From Methanococcus maripaludis (GTDB lineage: Archaea; AGJL01; Methanococci; Methanococcales; Methanococcaceae): DNA of 32,000 nucleotides. Where the stretch lies: NCBI RefSeq assembly GCF_002945325.1, contig NZ_CP026606.1:1530001-1562000 (forward strand), in the 5' to 3' direction. This document shows positions 17,831 through 26,464 of this stretch, piece by piece. Position 1 is the stretch's first letter; the number at the start of each line of letters is the position of its first letter. A model generated the notes under the pieces. It had not been told where the DNA came from. It searched no databases and saw only the letters and a list, made by a program, of their open reading frames with translations. The translations under genes were made by a program, and so were the position numbers.

Positions 17831-18193
17831 ATGATTGTAAAAGAAGTCATGAACGAAAATTTTTTAAACGTTTCTCCAAGCGATATTGTAGGGGGAGTAG
17901 TTCAGTCGTTATATAAAAATAAAAAAAGCTATGCACCTGTAATTGAAGATGGGGAACTTGTTGGATGGGTTACTGCACTAGATTTACTCACGGGGTGCAA
18001 ACACGTTAAAGTGGAAGAAGCAATGTTATTTTTAGATGAAATTAAAACGATAAATCCGAACGATGAATTATCTGACGAATTAATTTCTGAAATAATAGAA
18101 AATGAAGTTTTTGCGTATCCTGTTGTTGAAAATGATAAAATTGTTGGAACTTTGAGTTCTTTTGATATTTTGAAAAAATTAACCTCCAAATAA
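17831..18193 (+). CDS. CBS-domain pair protein
   Basis: 120 aa made of two CBS repeats (VKEVMNENFLNVSP...YAPVIEDGELVGWVTALDLL and ...AYPVVENDKIVGTLSSFDILK). Confidence 0.75.
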   Translation: MIVKEVMNENFLNVSPSDIVGGVVQSLYKNKKSYAPVIEDGELVGWVTALDLLTGCKHVKVEEAMLFLDEIKTINPNDELSDELISEIIENEVFAYPVVENDKIVGTLSSFDILKKLTSK

Positions 18194-18365
18194 AAATTCT
18201 TTTTTTATTGTATTTTGAACTGTTTAAACTCTTTTTTCTGTTTAATTATATTAGGTATTAGATTTTTTAAGATATATACTATAAATTAAGTTTTTTAATC
18301 GATATAGTGAATAAATTAATATAATATATGTTTCCGATATAAGATTGAAACCCCGAGGTGAGGTT

Positions 18366-19012
18366 ATGACTAAAGAAAAAATGTTAAAAGAGATTGCAGA
18401 AAATCTTGTTGAAATGGAGCCTGAAAATGTTGTAAAACTGTGCAATGAAGCACTTAATTTGGGAATTTTACCTGAAGAAATTATTGACAATGGATTAATT
18501 GCAGGGATGGATGAAGTAGGTAAGCTTTACGAAGAAGAAGAATATTTTGTTCCAGAAGTATTAATCTGTGCAGATGCACTTTATGCCGGGCTTGACGTTG
18601 TAAAACCCCATATTACAACAGAAGACGCAACAAAACCAATAAAAGTTGTTATCGGGGTAGTTCAAGGGGATACTCACGATATAGGTAAAATCTTGTAAAA
18701 ATTATGATGGGTGCATCAGGAATTGAAGTATACGACCTTGGAAGGGATGTTCCGTTAGAACTCTTTGTCGAAAAAGCCGAAGAAATTGGTGCAGATTTTA
18801 TCGGAATGTCAACTTTAATGACAACGACAATGGATGGAATGGAAAAAGTAATCAAAATGCTCGAAGAAAAAGGACTTAGGGATAAATACAAAGTATTTAT
18901 CGGTGGAGGACCTATTTCACAAAGTTTTGCGGATAGAATTGGGGCCGATATATATACAAACACTGCAAACGAAGCAGTAAGGCGCGTAAAAGAAGTTTAC
19001 GAGGGATTGTAA
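18366..19012 (+). pseudogene. Methyltransferase-cognate corrinoid (B12-binding) protein, interrupted by a 1-nt frameshift at the A-run 18687-18690
   Basis: N-terminal helical cap (18366-18698) ends ...VVQGDTHDIGKIL-stop. The B12-binding Rossmann half continues in the -1 frame (open from 18689; ...NLVKIMMGASGIEVYDLGRDVP...MSTLMTTT...FIGGGP) to the stop at 19010-19012. One extra A restores D-x-H-D-I-G-K-N-L-V. AGGTGA RBS before ATG 18366. Confidence 0.8.
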
Positions 19013-20070
19013 TGGAAATAAAAAAAGATATAATGACTTCTAAAGAAAGAGTTGCAGCATTTTTGGAAGGAAAACCTTTAGATCGAATAGTTGCGATGCC
19101 AATAGTTACTTCAAACACGGCACAGCTAATTGGTAAATCTCAAAAAGATTTCCAGTTAAATTCTGAAGTGATGACAAAATCACACATTGCAGGTTTTGAG
19201 AAATTTGGATATGATTTGCTTTATCTATTTACAAATTGTTCATATCTTGCAGAAGCAATGGGTCAGAAATTAGTTTATTTTGAAAATGAACCTGCAAGCT
19301 GTAGGGATCCCGTTGTGAAAACACCCGAAGATATTTCAAAAATAAATGTTGCAGAAGGTTACGAAGCAAACTTACCTGTATACTACGAAGCTATCGAAAT
19401 GATTCAAAAAGAAATAGGGGATCAAGTAAATGTTGCAGTCTGTTTTTCAGGGCCTTTTTCAACAGCTTCAACTTTGAGAGGACACGAACAATTCATAAAA
19501 GATACATACAATAACCCCGAATTATGTCACGAATTAATGAAAATGGCAACAGAAAGTGCAAAAAACTTTATAACTGAAGTTGTAAAGCGAGGTGCAATTC
19601 CAATTATTCTTGAACCGCTTTCATCAGGAAGTCTAATAAGTCCAAGATCATTTAAACAGTTTTCAAAACCCTACATAACCGAGCTCGTTGAACACGCACA
19701 CGAGTTGGGAACTATTATTCCACTGCATATCTGTGAAAAAACAACAAAAATAATAGATCAAATGTCAGAAACAGGTGCAGATGTATTGAGTATTGATCTG
19801 TGTGATCTTGAGGTTGCAAAGGAAAAAGTTTCTGGAAAATCTGTAATTCTTGGAAACGTAAGTCCTTCTGATGATCTGCTTTTTGGTCCTGTAGAAAGGA
19901 TTCATGAAACATGTAAAAATTTAATCGAAATAATGGATGGATTCAAACCAGGATTTATTCTTTCAACAGGCTGTGAAACATCTGATAAAGTTCCTATGGA
20001 AAATATTCAAGCTTTGATGGATTCAGCAAGATATTATGGAGTAAATGAAGATTTTCAAAACCAAGTTTAA
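19012..20070 (+). CDS. MtaA/MtbA/MtsA-family (uroporphyrinogen-decarboxylase fold) methylcobamide methyltransferase
   Basis: 352 aa; N-terminal MTSKERVAAFLEGKPLDRIV typical of the MT2 family. Putative Zn ligands H239-x-C241 (PLHICE) and C321 (STGCE) have MT2-like spacing. Its ATG overlaps the corrinoid gene stop (TAATG). Confidence 0.8.
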   Translation: MEIKKDIMTSKERVAAFLEGKPLDRIVAMPIVTSNTAQLIGKSQKDFQLNSEVMTKSHIAGFEKFGYDLLYLFTNCSYLAEAMGQKLVYFENEPASCRDPVVKTPEDISKINVAEGYEANLPVYYEAIEMIQKEIGDQVNVAVCFSGPFSTASTLRGHEQFIKDTYNNPELCHELMKMATESAKNFITEVVKRGAIPIILEPLSSGSLISPRSFKQFSKPYITELVEHAHELGTIIPLHICEKTTKIIDQMSETGADVLSIDLCDLEVAKEKVSGKSVILGNVSPSDDLLFGPVERIHETCKNLIEIMDGFKPGFILSTGCETSDKVPMENIQALMDSARYYGVNEDFQNQV

Positions 20071-20082
20071 TAATTAATAAAA

Positions 20083-20130
20083 AATTCCTTTTTTCTTTTT
20101 AATTTAAAATTTAAAAAAGCAGAAAAATAA
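20083..20130. terminator. Bidirectional oligo-T terminator region between convergent genes
   Basis: CCTTTTTTCTTTTT (20087-20100) on the + strand after the methyltransferase. On the minus strand, TTTTTCTGCTTTTTT follows the leuC stop. Confidence 0.35.
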
Positions 20131-20143
20131 TATTTTAATAAGA

Positions 20144-21418
20144 TTAGAGATCTCTTGGATCAACAATTTCTCCTTTAACAGCACATGCTGCAGCAGTAAT
20201 TGGTGATGCAAGGTATACGTCTGATTCTAACGAACCTTCTCTTCCTCTGAAGTTTCTGTTTGATGTTGCAATTCCAACTTCTCCAGGGCCTAAGAGTCCG
20301 TATAATGCACCCATACATGCAGAACATGATGGATTTGTTACAACACAGCCGTACTGGTAGAATTTTTTAATTAATCCTTCATCAATAGCTTCAAGCATAA
20401 TGCTTCTTGATGCAGGGGTTACAACGACTCTGATATCTTTTGAAATTCCGCCGTGTTTTTCAATGACGTTTAAAGCAGCTCTCAAATCTTCAAGTCTTCC
20501 GTTTGTACATGAACCAATAAATACTTGATCAATTGGAGTTCCTGCAACTTCTCTTACTGCTTTTACATTGTCCACGTTGTGCGGGCATGCCATAACGGGT
20601 TCAAGGTTGCTTACATCGATTTCGAATTTTTCTTCAAATTCTGCATCTTTATCTCCAAGAACTAATTCGAATGGTTTTGCGGTGTTGTTAGCTTCCATTG
20701 CATTTTTTACATAATTAATTGTTTTGTCGTCAGGAGCAATCAATCCTGCTTTTCCGCCCATTTCGATAGCCATGTTTGACATTGTCATTCTTGATGCAAT
20801 AGTCATGTTATCCACTGTGTTTCCGGCAAACTGTGCAGCTTTGTATGTCGCACCATCAGCTCCAACCATTCCAATAATGCTCAAAATTACATCTTTTGAC
20901 ATTACTTCTGGTTTTAATTCTCCCGTGATATTAAAGTAAAGTGTTTCGGGAACTTTAAACCATAATTCGCCAGTTGCAAATGCAGCAGCCATGTCGGTAC
21001 TTCCAATTCCTGTTGCAAATGCACCAAATGCACCGTACGTACAGGTGTGGCTGTCTGCACCAACTACAACAGTTCCTGGAACTATGTGACCTTTTTCAGG
21101 CAATACCTGGTGGCAAACTCCTTCTCTAATATCATAGAAGTGTTTGATATTTTGTTCTTTTACAAAGTTTCTCATTAATATATGATTTTCAGCAGCGTTG
21201 ATGCTATCAGCAGGTATCTGGTGGTCGAATGGAATCACAATCTTTTCATTGTCCCAAACTTTTGAAATACCTTCTTTTTTTAATGTATTTACTGAAAGCG
21301 GGCCTGTAATATCGTGGACCATCGCGGTTTCTACTTTAGCCATAACGATGTCTCCAGGTGAAACCTCTGAGTTACCTGAAGCTTTTGCCAAAATTTTTTC
21401 AGCTAGGGTCATTGCCAT
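20144..21418 (-). CDS. leuC: Aconitase-family dehydratase large subunit (3-isopropylmalate/citramalate isomerase LeuC type; HacA paralogue not excluded)
   Basis: Fe-S ligand motifs GADSHTC, GSCTNGR and CSACMG; [16 protein letters not shown]-terminus. GGAGGT RBS 6 nt before ATG 21418; the track start at 21442 is an extension. No small-subunit gene is adjacent. Confidence 0.85.
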   Translation of the reverse strand: MAMTLAEKILAKASGNSEVSPGDIVMAKVETAMVHDITGPLSVNTLKKEGISKVWDNEKIVIPFDHQIPADSINAAENHILMRNFVKEQNIKHFYDIREGVCHQVLPEKGHIVPGTVVVGADSHTCTYGAFGAFATGIGSTDMAAAFATGELWFKVPETLYFNITGELKPEVMSKDVILSIIGMVGADGATYKAAQFAGNTVDNMTIASRMTMSNMAIEMGGKAGLIAPDDKTINYVKNAMEANNTAKPFELVLGDKDAEFEEKFEIDVSNLEPVMACPHNVDNVKAVREVAGTPIDQVFIGSCTNGRLEDLRAALNVIEKHGGISKDIRVVVTPASRSIMLEAIDEGLIKKFYQYGCVVTNPSCSACMGALYGLLGPGEVGIATSNRNFRGREGSLESDVYLASPITAAACAVKGEIVDPRDL

Positions 21419-21549
21419 GTTTATACCTCCATATAGCACCATATGACAAATAAGACGTACTTACTTGGAAAGTATTATATAGCAGAACTATTTATTTATT
21501 TCTACGAATTAGAATTAGCAGTTGTTTTTTTATTATGCGAGGTGCGAAT

Positions 21550-21768
21550 ATGATGGATACACAAAGACCATTAGACGCTTTAGGTAAATCAATTAACACA
21601 AACGTAACAGTTTACTTAAAAGATGGTAAAGTTGTTAAAGGAAGATTAAAAGCATACGACTTACACATGAACGTTGCTTTAGAAAATGCTAAAATTGAAA
21701 ACGATGAAGAAAAAGAATTCCCAATGCTGGTTGTAAGGGGAGACAACGTACTCTACGTTTCATTATAA
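21550..21768 (+). CDS. Archaeal Sm-like protein (SmAP/LSm)
   Basis: RPLDALGKSINTNVTVYLKDGKVVKGRLKAYDLHMNVALENA...VVRGDNVLYV contains the Sm1 and Sm2 motifs; GAGGTG RBS before ATG 21550; followed by L37e, a conserved archaeal gene pair. Confidence 0.9.
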   Translation: MMDTQRPLDALGKSINTNVTVYLKDGKVVKGRLKAYDLHMNVALENAKIENDEEKEFPMLVVRGDNVLYVSL

Positions 21769-21844
21769 TTCCTTTGATTCAACAGTTAATTTTTTATGTG
21801 ATCTCGATATATGGAATAAGGTAAAGATAAACACGGTGAAGTAA

Positions 21845-22039
21845 ATGACAAAAGGAACACCATCCCAAGGTAAACACAATAAAGGTTCAAACCATATTGT
21901 ATGCAGAAGATGTGGAAGAAGAGCATTCCACGTAAGAAAAAAAGTATGTGCAGCATGCGGATTTGGTAGAAGCTCAAAAATCAAAAGATTTGCATGGCAA
22001 TGGAAAAAAGTGACCGGAAAAGGAAATAGAGTAAAATAA
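21845..22039 (+). CDS. rpl37e: Ribosomal protein L37e (eL37)
   Basis: [41 protein letters not shown]: canonical eL37 N-terminus and C4 zinc ribbon; GGTGA RBS upstream. Confidence 0.95.
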   Translation: MTKGTPSQGKHNKGSNHIVCRRCGRRAFHVRKKVCAACGFGRSSKIKRFAWQWKKVTGKGNRVK

Positions 22040-22050
22040 CATACCCACTT

Positions 22051-22098
22051 TCTTTTTTATTACTTAAAATAATTATCTAAACCATCTTTTTTATTACT
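22051..22098 (+). terminator. Tandem oligo-T terminators (14-nt exact direct repeat TCTTTTTTATTACT at 22051-22064 and 22085-22098)
   Basis: Two identical T6-containing 14-mers lie 12 nt and 46 nt after the L37e stop; archaeal RNA polymerase terminates at oligo-T tracts. Confidence 0.4.
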
Positions 22099-22213
22099 CG
22101 TTTAAACTCAATTTTTGTAACACTTATATACCAGTTCAATTTAGTTATTCTATCGATATTTATCAACATTCTACGAATAGTATATAATCTATTAATTTGA
22201 TTTTGTGATAATC

Positions 22214-23593
22214 ATGTGTGGTATCTTTGGAATTTATTCTCATGAAAAAAGTAACATTGTAAAAAAAGTGTACTATGGTCTTTACGCACTTCAACACAGG
22301 GGGCAAGAGGGTGCTGGAATTGCTGTTGGGAACGGTAAAGAAATAGGATTCTATAAGGGATTGGGATTGGTTCCAGAAGTATTTTCAAACAAGGAATTAC
22401 AAAATTTGTACGGGCACATCGGCGTTGGCCATGTAAGGTACTCTACAACCGGCAGAAATACAATTGAGAACTGTCAGCCATTTGTTGTAAACAGTTCTTT
22501 TGGAAAAATTGCAATTACCCACAATGGAGATATTGTAAATTCAAAAGAATTAAAACATGAACTCGAAAAAAAGGGACATATCTTTGTTTCTACAACAGAT
22601 TCCGAAGTTATTGCTCAACTTCTGGTTCGAGAACTTTTAAAAAATGATGACATTATTACTGCAGTTACAAACGTGACGCAAAAATTAAACGGTGCTTACT
22701 CTCTTTTAATTATCTATGACGATACATTGATTGCAATAAGGGATCCAAACGGATTTAAGCCGTTATGCATTGGAAAAGATGATGGAGCATACTATTTTAG
22801 TTCTGAAAGCTGTGCTCTTGACATTGTTGATGTTGAATTTGAAAGGGACGTTGCCCCTGGAGAAATGGTTGTTGTAGACCAAAATGGACTTAACACCTAC
22901 AAACTACCAAATGCAAAAGAAAAAGCATCTTCTTGTATGTTTGAATACGTTTATTTTGCAAGACCTGATTCCGTAATTGATGGGGTAAGCGTTTACGAAG
23001 TAAGAAGAAATATTGGAAAAATTTTAGCAAGGGAAACTCCTGAAGAAGTCGATATTGTATCCCCAGTTCCTGATTCAGGAATTATTTTTTCACAAGGATA
23101 CACCGAAGAAGCAGAAGTTCCTTACTACGAAGCTTTAATTAAAAATAGGTATATTGGAAGAACATTTATCCTTCCAACGCAGGAAGAACGAGATCTTGCG
23201 GTAAGATTGAAGTTAAACCCTGTAAAATACCTTTTAAAAGATAAAAAGGTCATGTTGATTGACGACAGTATCGTTCGTGGAACTACATCTGGAAAAATAA
23301 TGAAGATGGCTAAAAAAGCGGGTGCAAAAGAGGTTCACTTAAGAATTGGATCCCCAAGAATTGTTTCACCATGTTTTTATGGAATAGACATGGCTACAAC
23401 AAAGGAATTAATTGCAAATTCAAAAACTGACGAAGAAATAGCTGAAATGATTGGCGCAGATTCTGTAGCATACTTAAGTATTGAAGGATTAGTCGAAGCA
23501 ATTGGAAGAGATGACCTTTGTTTAGCATGTTTAAACGAAGAATATCCAACAGATGTTTCATGTAAATTTGAATGCGGAAATTGCAAAAAATAA
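22214..23593 (+). CDS. purF: Amidophosphoribosyltransferase
   Basis: MCGIFGIY N-terminal nucleophile Cys, Ntn glutaminase domain (RGQEGAGIA, GHVRYST), PRTase motif VMLIDDSIVRGTT, C-terminal Cys cluster. ATG 22214 preferred over GTG 22205. Confidence 0.95.
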   Translation: MCGIFGIYSHEKSNIVKKVYYGLYALQHRGQEGAGIAVGNGKEIGFYKGLGLVPEVFSNKELQNLYGHIGVGHVRYSTTGRNTIENCQPFVVNSSFGKIAITHNGDIVNSKELKHELEKKGHIFVSTTDSEVIAQLLVRELLKNDDIITAVTNVTQKLNGAYSLLIIYDDTLIAIRDPNGFKPLCIGKDDGAYYFSSESCALDIVDVEFERDVAPGEMVVVDQNGLNTYKLPNAKEKASSCMFEYVYFARPDSVIDGVSVYEVRRNIGKILARETPEEVDIVSPVPDSGIIFSQGYTEEAEVPYYEALIKNRYIGRTFILPTQEERDLAVRLKLNPVKYLLKDKKVMLIDDSIVRGTTSGKIMKMAKKAGAKEVHLRIGSPRIVSPCFYGIDMATTKELIANSKTDEEIAEMIGADSVAYLSIEGLVEAIGRDDLCLACLNEEYPTDVSCKFECGNCKK

Positions 23594-23643
23594 AATTTTA
23601 ATTTCTATTTTTTTAATATTTTAAAAATTTAAAAAAAGAGTAA

Positions 23644-24432
23644 TTATTTCTTAAATTTTGAAAAAATGCTTCTTTTTAATTTTTCAAAGAAACTTTCATT
23701 ATAAATTTCTTCAATTTTCCCAATATCAACGTATGATCCTGTAACTTTTAGTGCAAGTTCAGTATATGCTTTTGAAGAAGGGCATCTGGGATTGTATTCA
23801 ATTACATCCATTTTTTTAAGGGTTGAATTTCTGATATTTTCATCTTCTGGGATCAATCCAACAATTTTTTCTTCCAAAATCATTTCAATTTCGTCAGGTC
23901 CCATTTCACCGAAATCTTTTCCAGTTCTATTTAATACAATTCCCATTACATTGGTTCCTGCCATTTCACTGCTTTCTTTAATTTTCATCGCATCAGCAAT
24001 TGAAAAAAGTTCAGGAGTCACCACAAGTAGGATTTTATCTGCAATTGCAAGGTGAATTGCCATGTCTTTGTTCAAACCTGCTGGAGCATCAATAATTACG
24101 TAATCGTATTCATCAGCAATTTCATTTATTACATCAGGGAATAAATCGAGGTCTGATTTTTTGTAGCCTGCAATAGAAAGGCTTGCTGGGAGTACAAATG
24201 CACCAGTTCTATGTTCGTAAATTGCATCTCTTACAGAACACTCTTCTGCGAGAACTTCATGAATGGAGGGTCTCTTTTTTTCAAAATCAAATATTAGCCC
24301 CAAATTGGCCATTGAGATATCCCCATCAATTACAATAGTTTTTTTGCCGAGTTTGGAAAGCGCAACCGCTAAATTTGCAGATGTTGTCGTTTTTCCAACT
24401 CCACCTTTTCCAGAAGCTACCGTAATAATCAT
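23644..24432 (-). CDS. minD: MinD/ParA-family P-loop ATPase (archaeal MinD-like)
   Basis: 262 aa; deviant Walker A ASGKGGVGKTTT, Walker B YVIIDAPAG. Confidence 0.85.
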   Translation of the reverse strand: MIITVASGKGGVGKTTTSANLAVALSKLGKKTIVIDGDISMANLGLIFDFEKKRPSIHEVLAEECSVRDAIYEHRTGAFVLPASLSIAGYKKSDLDLFPDVINEIADEYDYVIIDAPAGLNKDMAIHLAIADKILLVVTPELFSIADAMKIKESSEMAGTNVMGIVLNRTGKDFGEMGPDEIEMILEEKIVGLIPEDENIRNSTLKKMDVIEYNPRCPSSKAYTELALKVTGSYVDIGKIEEIYNESFFEKLKRSIFSKFKK

Positions 24433-24584
24433 GAAATCACCAAATAAAACAAAATAAATCGTGTAATTAACTACTTATTATTTAATTTAAAGTATTTGTA
24501 TTTAGTTATTTGTAACGGAAAAAAGTATTTAATCAAACAGTTACTATTCAATAGAAAGTCAAGTTAATAATCAGGTTATAAAAA

Positions 24585-25334
24585 ATGGAAGAATTAATTC
24601 TTGGAATAGTTCAAGGACTTACCGAATTTTTACCGATCTCAAGTTCTGGACACCTTGCTATATTTACTGCAATTTTTAACAGTACTCCGGATGTCGGTTA
24701 TTTTGCATTTTTACACCTTGCAACGTTTTTGGCGGTTTTAATTTTTGTAAAAGCGGAAGTTTTTGAAATAGTAAATGGAATTACAAAAAAAGAAAAGGAA
24801 TACCTAAACCTTGCATCAAAACTTGTTATATCAACAATCCCTGCAGTTTTTGTCGGACTATTTTTTGGAGATTTTATAGAATCAGTTTTTTCATCAACCT
24901 TATTAATTGGGGTTTTTTTATCAATTACTGGAATATTAATGCTTCTTTCAGATAATTTAAATAAAAACCTAAAAACAATTAAATCTATTCCCTATCTTGA
25001 TGCACTTATTATCGGAGTATTTCAAGCCTTTTCAGTGCTTCCAGGAATTTCAAGAAGCGGAACAACACTTTTTGCAGCGCTTTTTTTAGGTATAAACAAA
25101 GAAGATGCTGTAAAATATTCATTTTTAATGAGTCTTCCAGTAACCTTTGGTGCCGGGATATTAGAACTTCAAAAAATAACTTTTTCATCAGAACAGGTAC
25201 TTGGATTTGTTATTTCATTTTTAACCGGACTTTTAGGGTTATATCTGGTTAAAAAAATGGTAATTGGTGGAAAACTTAAAATTTTTGGATATTACTGCTT
25301 TTTAGCGTCATTTTTTGTAATAATGTTTCTATAG
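24585..25334 (+). CDS. uppP: Undecaprenyl-diphosphate phosphatase (BacA/UppP family)
   Basis: 249 aa membrane protein with [14 protein letters not shown] and PGISRSGTT signature motifs. Confidence 0.9.
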   Translation: MEELILGIVQGLTEFLPISSSGHLAIFTAIFNSTPDVGYFAFLHLATFLAVLIFVKAEVFEIVNGITKKEKEYLNLASKLVISTIPAVFVGLFFGDFIESVFSSTLLIGVFLSITGILMLLSDNLNKNLKTIKSIPYLDALIIGVFQAFSVLPGISRSGTTLFAALFLGINKEDAVKYSFLMSLPVTFGAGILELQKITFSSEQVLGFVISFLTGLLGLYLVKKMVIGGKLKIFGYYCFLASFFVIMFL

Positions 25335-25361
25335 AATAATTGATAAAAATTGAGGGATATT

Positions 25362-25730
25362 TTGAAAAAAGAATTGATATTACTTGGTATTTTAATTTCG
25401 ATAGTATTTGCAGGATGTGTTGATCAAAACCCTGAAGAATATTATTTAGAAGGTGTTTTACAGTACGATGCTGGAAATTATACTGAATCGATAGATTTAT
25501 TTGAAAAAGCAATTCAATTGGACCCCGAAGAATCGAAATATTGGCTCATGAAGGGAAAAGCGCTCTATAATTTGGAAAGATACGAAGAAGCAGTTGATTG
25601 CTACAATTATGTCATAAATGTAATTGAAGATGAATACAATAAAGATGTTTGGGCTGCAAAAGCAGACGCTTTAAGGTATATTGAAGGAAAAGAAGTCGAA
25701 GCAGAAATCGCTGAAGCAAGAGCAAAATAG
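25362..25730 (+). CDS. TPR-repeat lipoprotein
   Basis: Signal peptide with lipobox (KKELILLGILISIVFAGC) followed by TPR repeats (GNYTESIDLFEKAIQLDPEES, YWLMKGKALYNLERYEEAVDCYNYVI). TTG 25362 follows a GAGGGA RBS; the track start TTG 25350 is also possible. Confidence 0.6.
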   Translation: MKKELILLGILISIVFAGCVDQNPEEYYLEGVLQYDAGNYTESIDLFEKAIQLDPEESKYWLMKGKALYNLERYEEAVDCYNYVINVIEDEYNKDVWAAKADALRYIEGKEVEAEIAEARAK

Positions 25731-25751
25731 ATCATAAATAGAAATCTAAAA

Positions 25752-26462
25752 TTAAAGGAATTTTTCAATTTTTGAAAGATCTGGAAATTTTAAAACTTCT
25801 TCCCCAATAATAATTGGAAAAATATCTTCTTTTTTAACTTTTTTTAAGTAGGGCGACATGAAGTTGCTTTCAAGTTCGTTTATCTTGACACCTGACGCAA
25901 TGTGTGAAAATGCAGGTGCTACAAGTATTTTAAAATCATTTTGAACGATTTCAAGATAGCTTGGAAATCTCTGCTTATTTATTTCTAAAACGGGGTGCTC
26001 ATGACCCATGATTAAAAGATCAAAGTTAAACTCAACATCAAATGGTTTATCCCCATGGACCATTAAAATCTTATCCTCAAGCAAATAATCTAAAATTTTA
26101 AAATTCGTATTTTCTTTTAGTATGTATTCGAGCATTATGTCATGATTTCCGCGAATTACGATTATTTCATAATTTGTTAAAAGAGAATTCAATTCTTTAA
26201 TGGTTTCATAAACTTTATATGGAACTTTTTGAAAGTGGTGGAGAAAATCTCCTAAGAAAACTAATTTTTCAGGTTTGAATTCAACTATTAAATTTTTAAT
26301 TCGTTTCAGAAGTTCTTTTTTTTCATTCAAGGGGAATAAAACACCGGTTCGTCGAATAAATTCTTCCATTCCAACGTGGACATCTGCAAGTATTAAAATT
26401 TTATTTTCTTCTAAAAATACTGCATTATCTTTAAACTGGATTTCATGCCCATTTATTTCCAT
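25752..26462 (-). CDS. Calcineurin-like metallophosphoesterase (MPE associated with Lhr helicase)
   Basis: Metallophosphoesterase motifs DVHVG, GDFLHH, GNHD, VHGD, GHEH in order. Its ATG lies 2 nt after the lhr stop. Confidence 0.7.
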   Translation of the reverse strand: MEINGHEIQFKDNAVFLEENKILILADVHVGMEEFIRRTGVLFPLNEKKELLKRIKNLIVEFKPEKLVFLGDFLHHFQKVPYKVYETIKELNSLLTNYEIIVIRGNHDIMLEYILKENTNFKILDYLLEDKILMVHGDKPFDVEFNFDLLIMGHEHPVLEINKQRFPSYLEIVQNDFKILVAPAFSHIASGVKINELESNFMSPYLKKVKKEDIFPIIIGEEVLKFPDLSKIEKFL

Positions 26463-26464
26463 AA

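Noticed and set aside
18684-18700. Programmed -1 ribosomal frameshift, or Sec/Pyl recoding, as the explanation for the split corrinoid gene
   Set aside because: The in-frame stop is TAA, not TGA (Sec) or TAG (Pyl). There is no X XXY YYZ slippery heptamer: GGT AAA ATC does not allow tandem re-pairing. I see no obvious downstream pseudoknot. A 1-nt loss in the A-run explains the sequence more simply. Low-level slippage cannot be excluded from sequence alone.
21763-21984. Minus-strand ORFs 21763-21984 and 21786-21977
   Set aside because: They overlap the unmistakable ribosomal protein L37e gene on the plus strand, and I see no RBS or family resemblance.
21500-22178. Shared 10-mer TTCTACGAAT upstream of the Sm gene (21500-21509) and purF (22169-22178)
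   Set aside because: Its position relative to the candidate TATA boxes differs: downstream of the TATA for Sm, upstream for purF. Ten nucleotides occurring twice in 32 kb is weak evidence for a common regulatory element.
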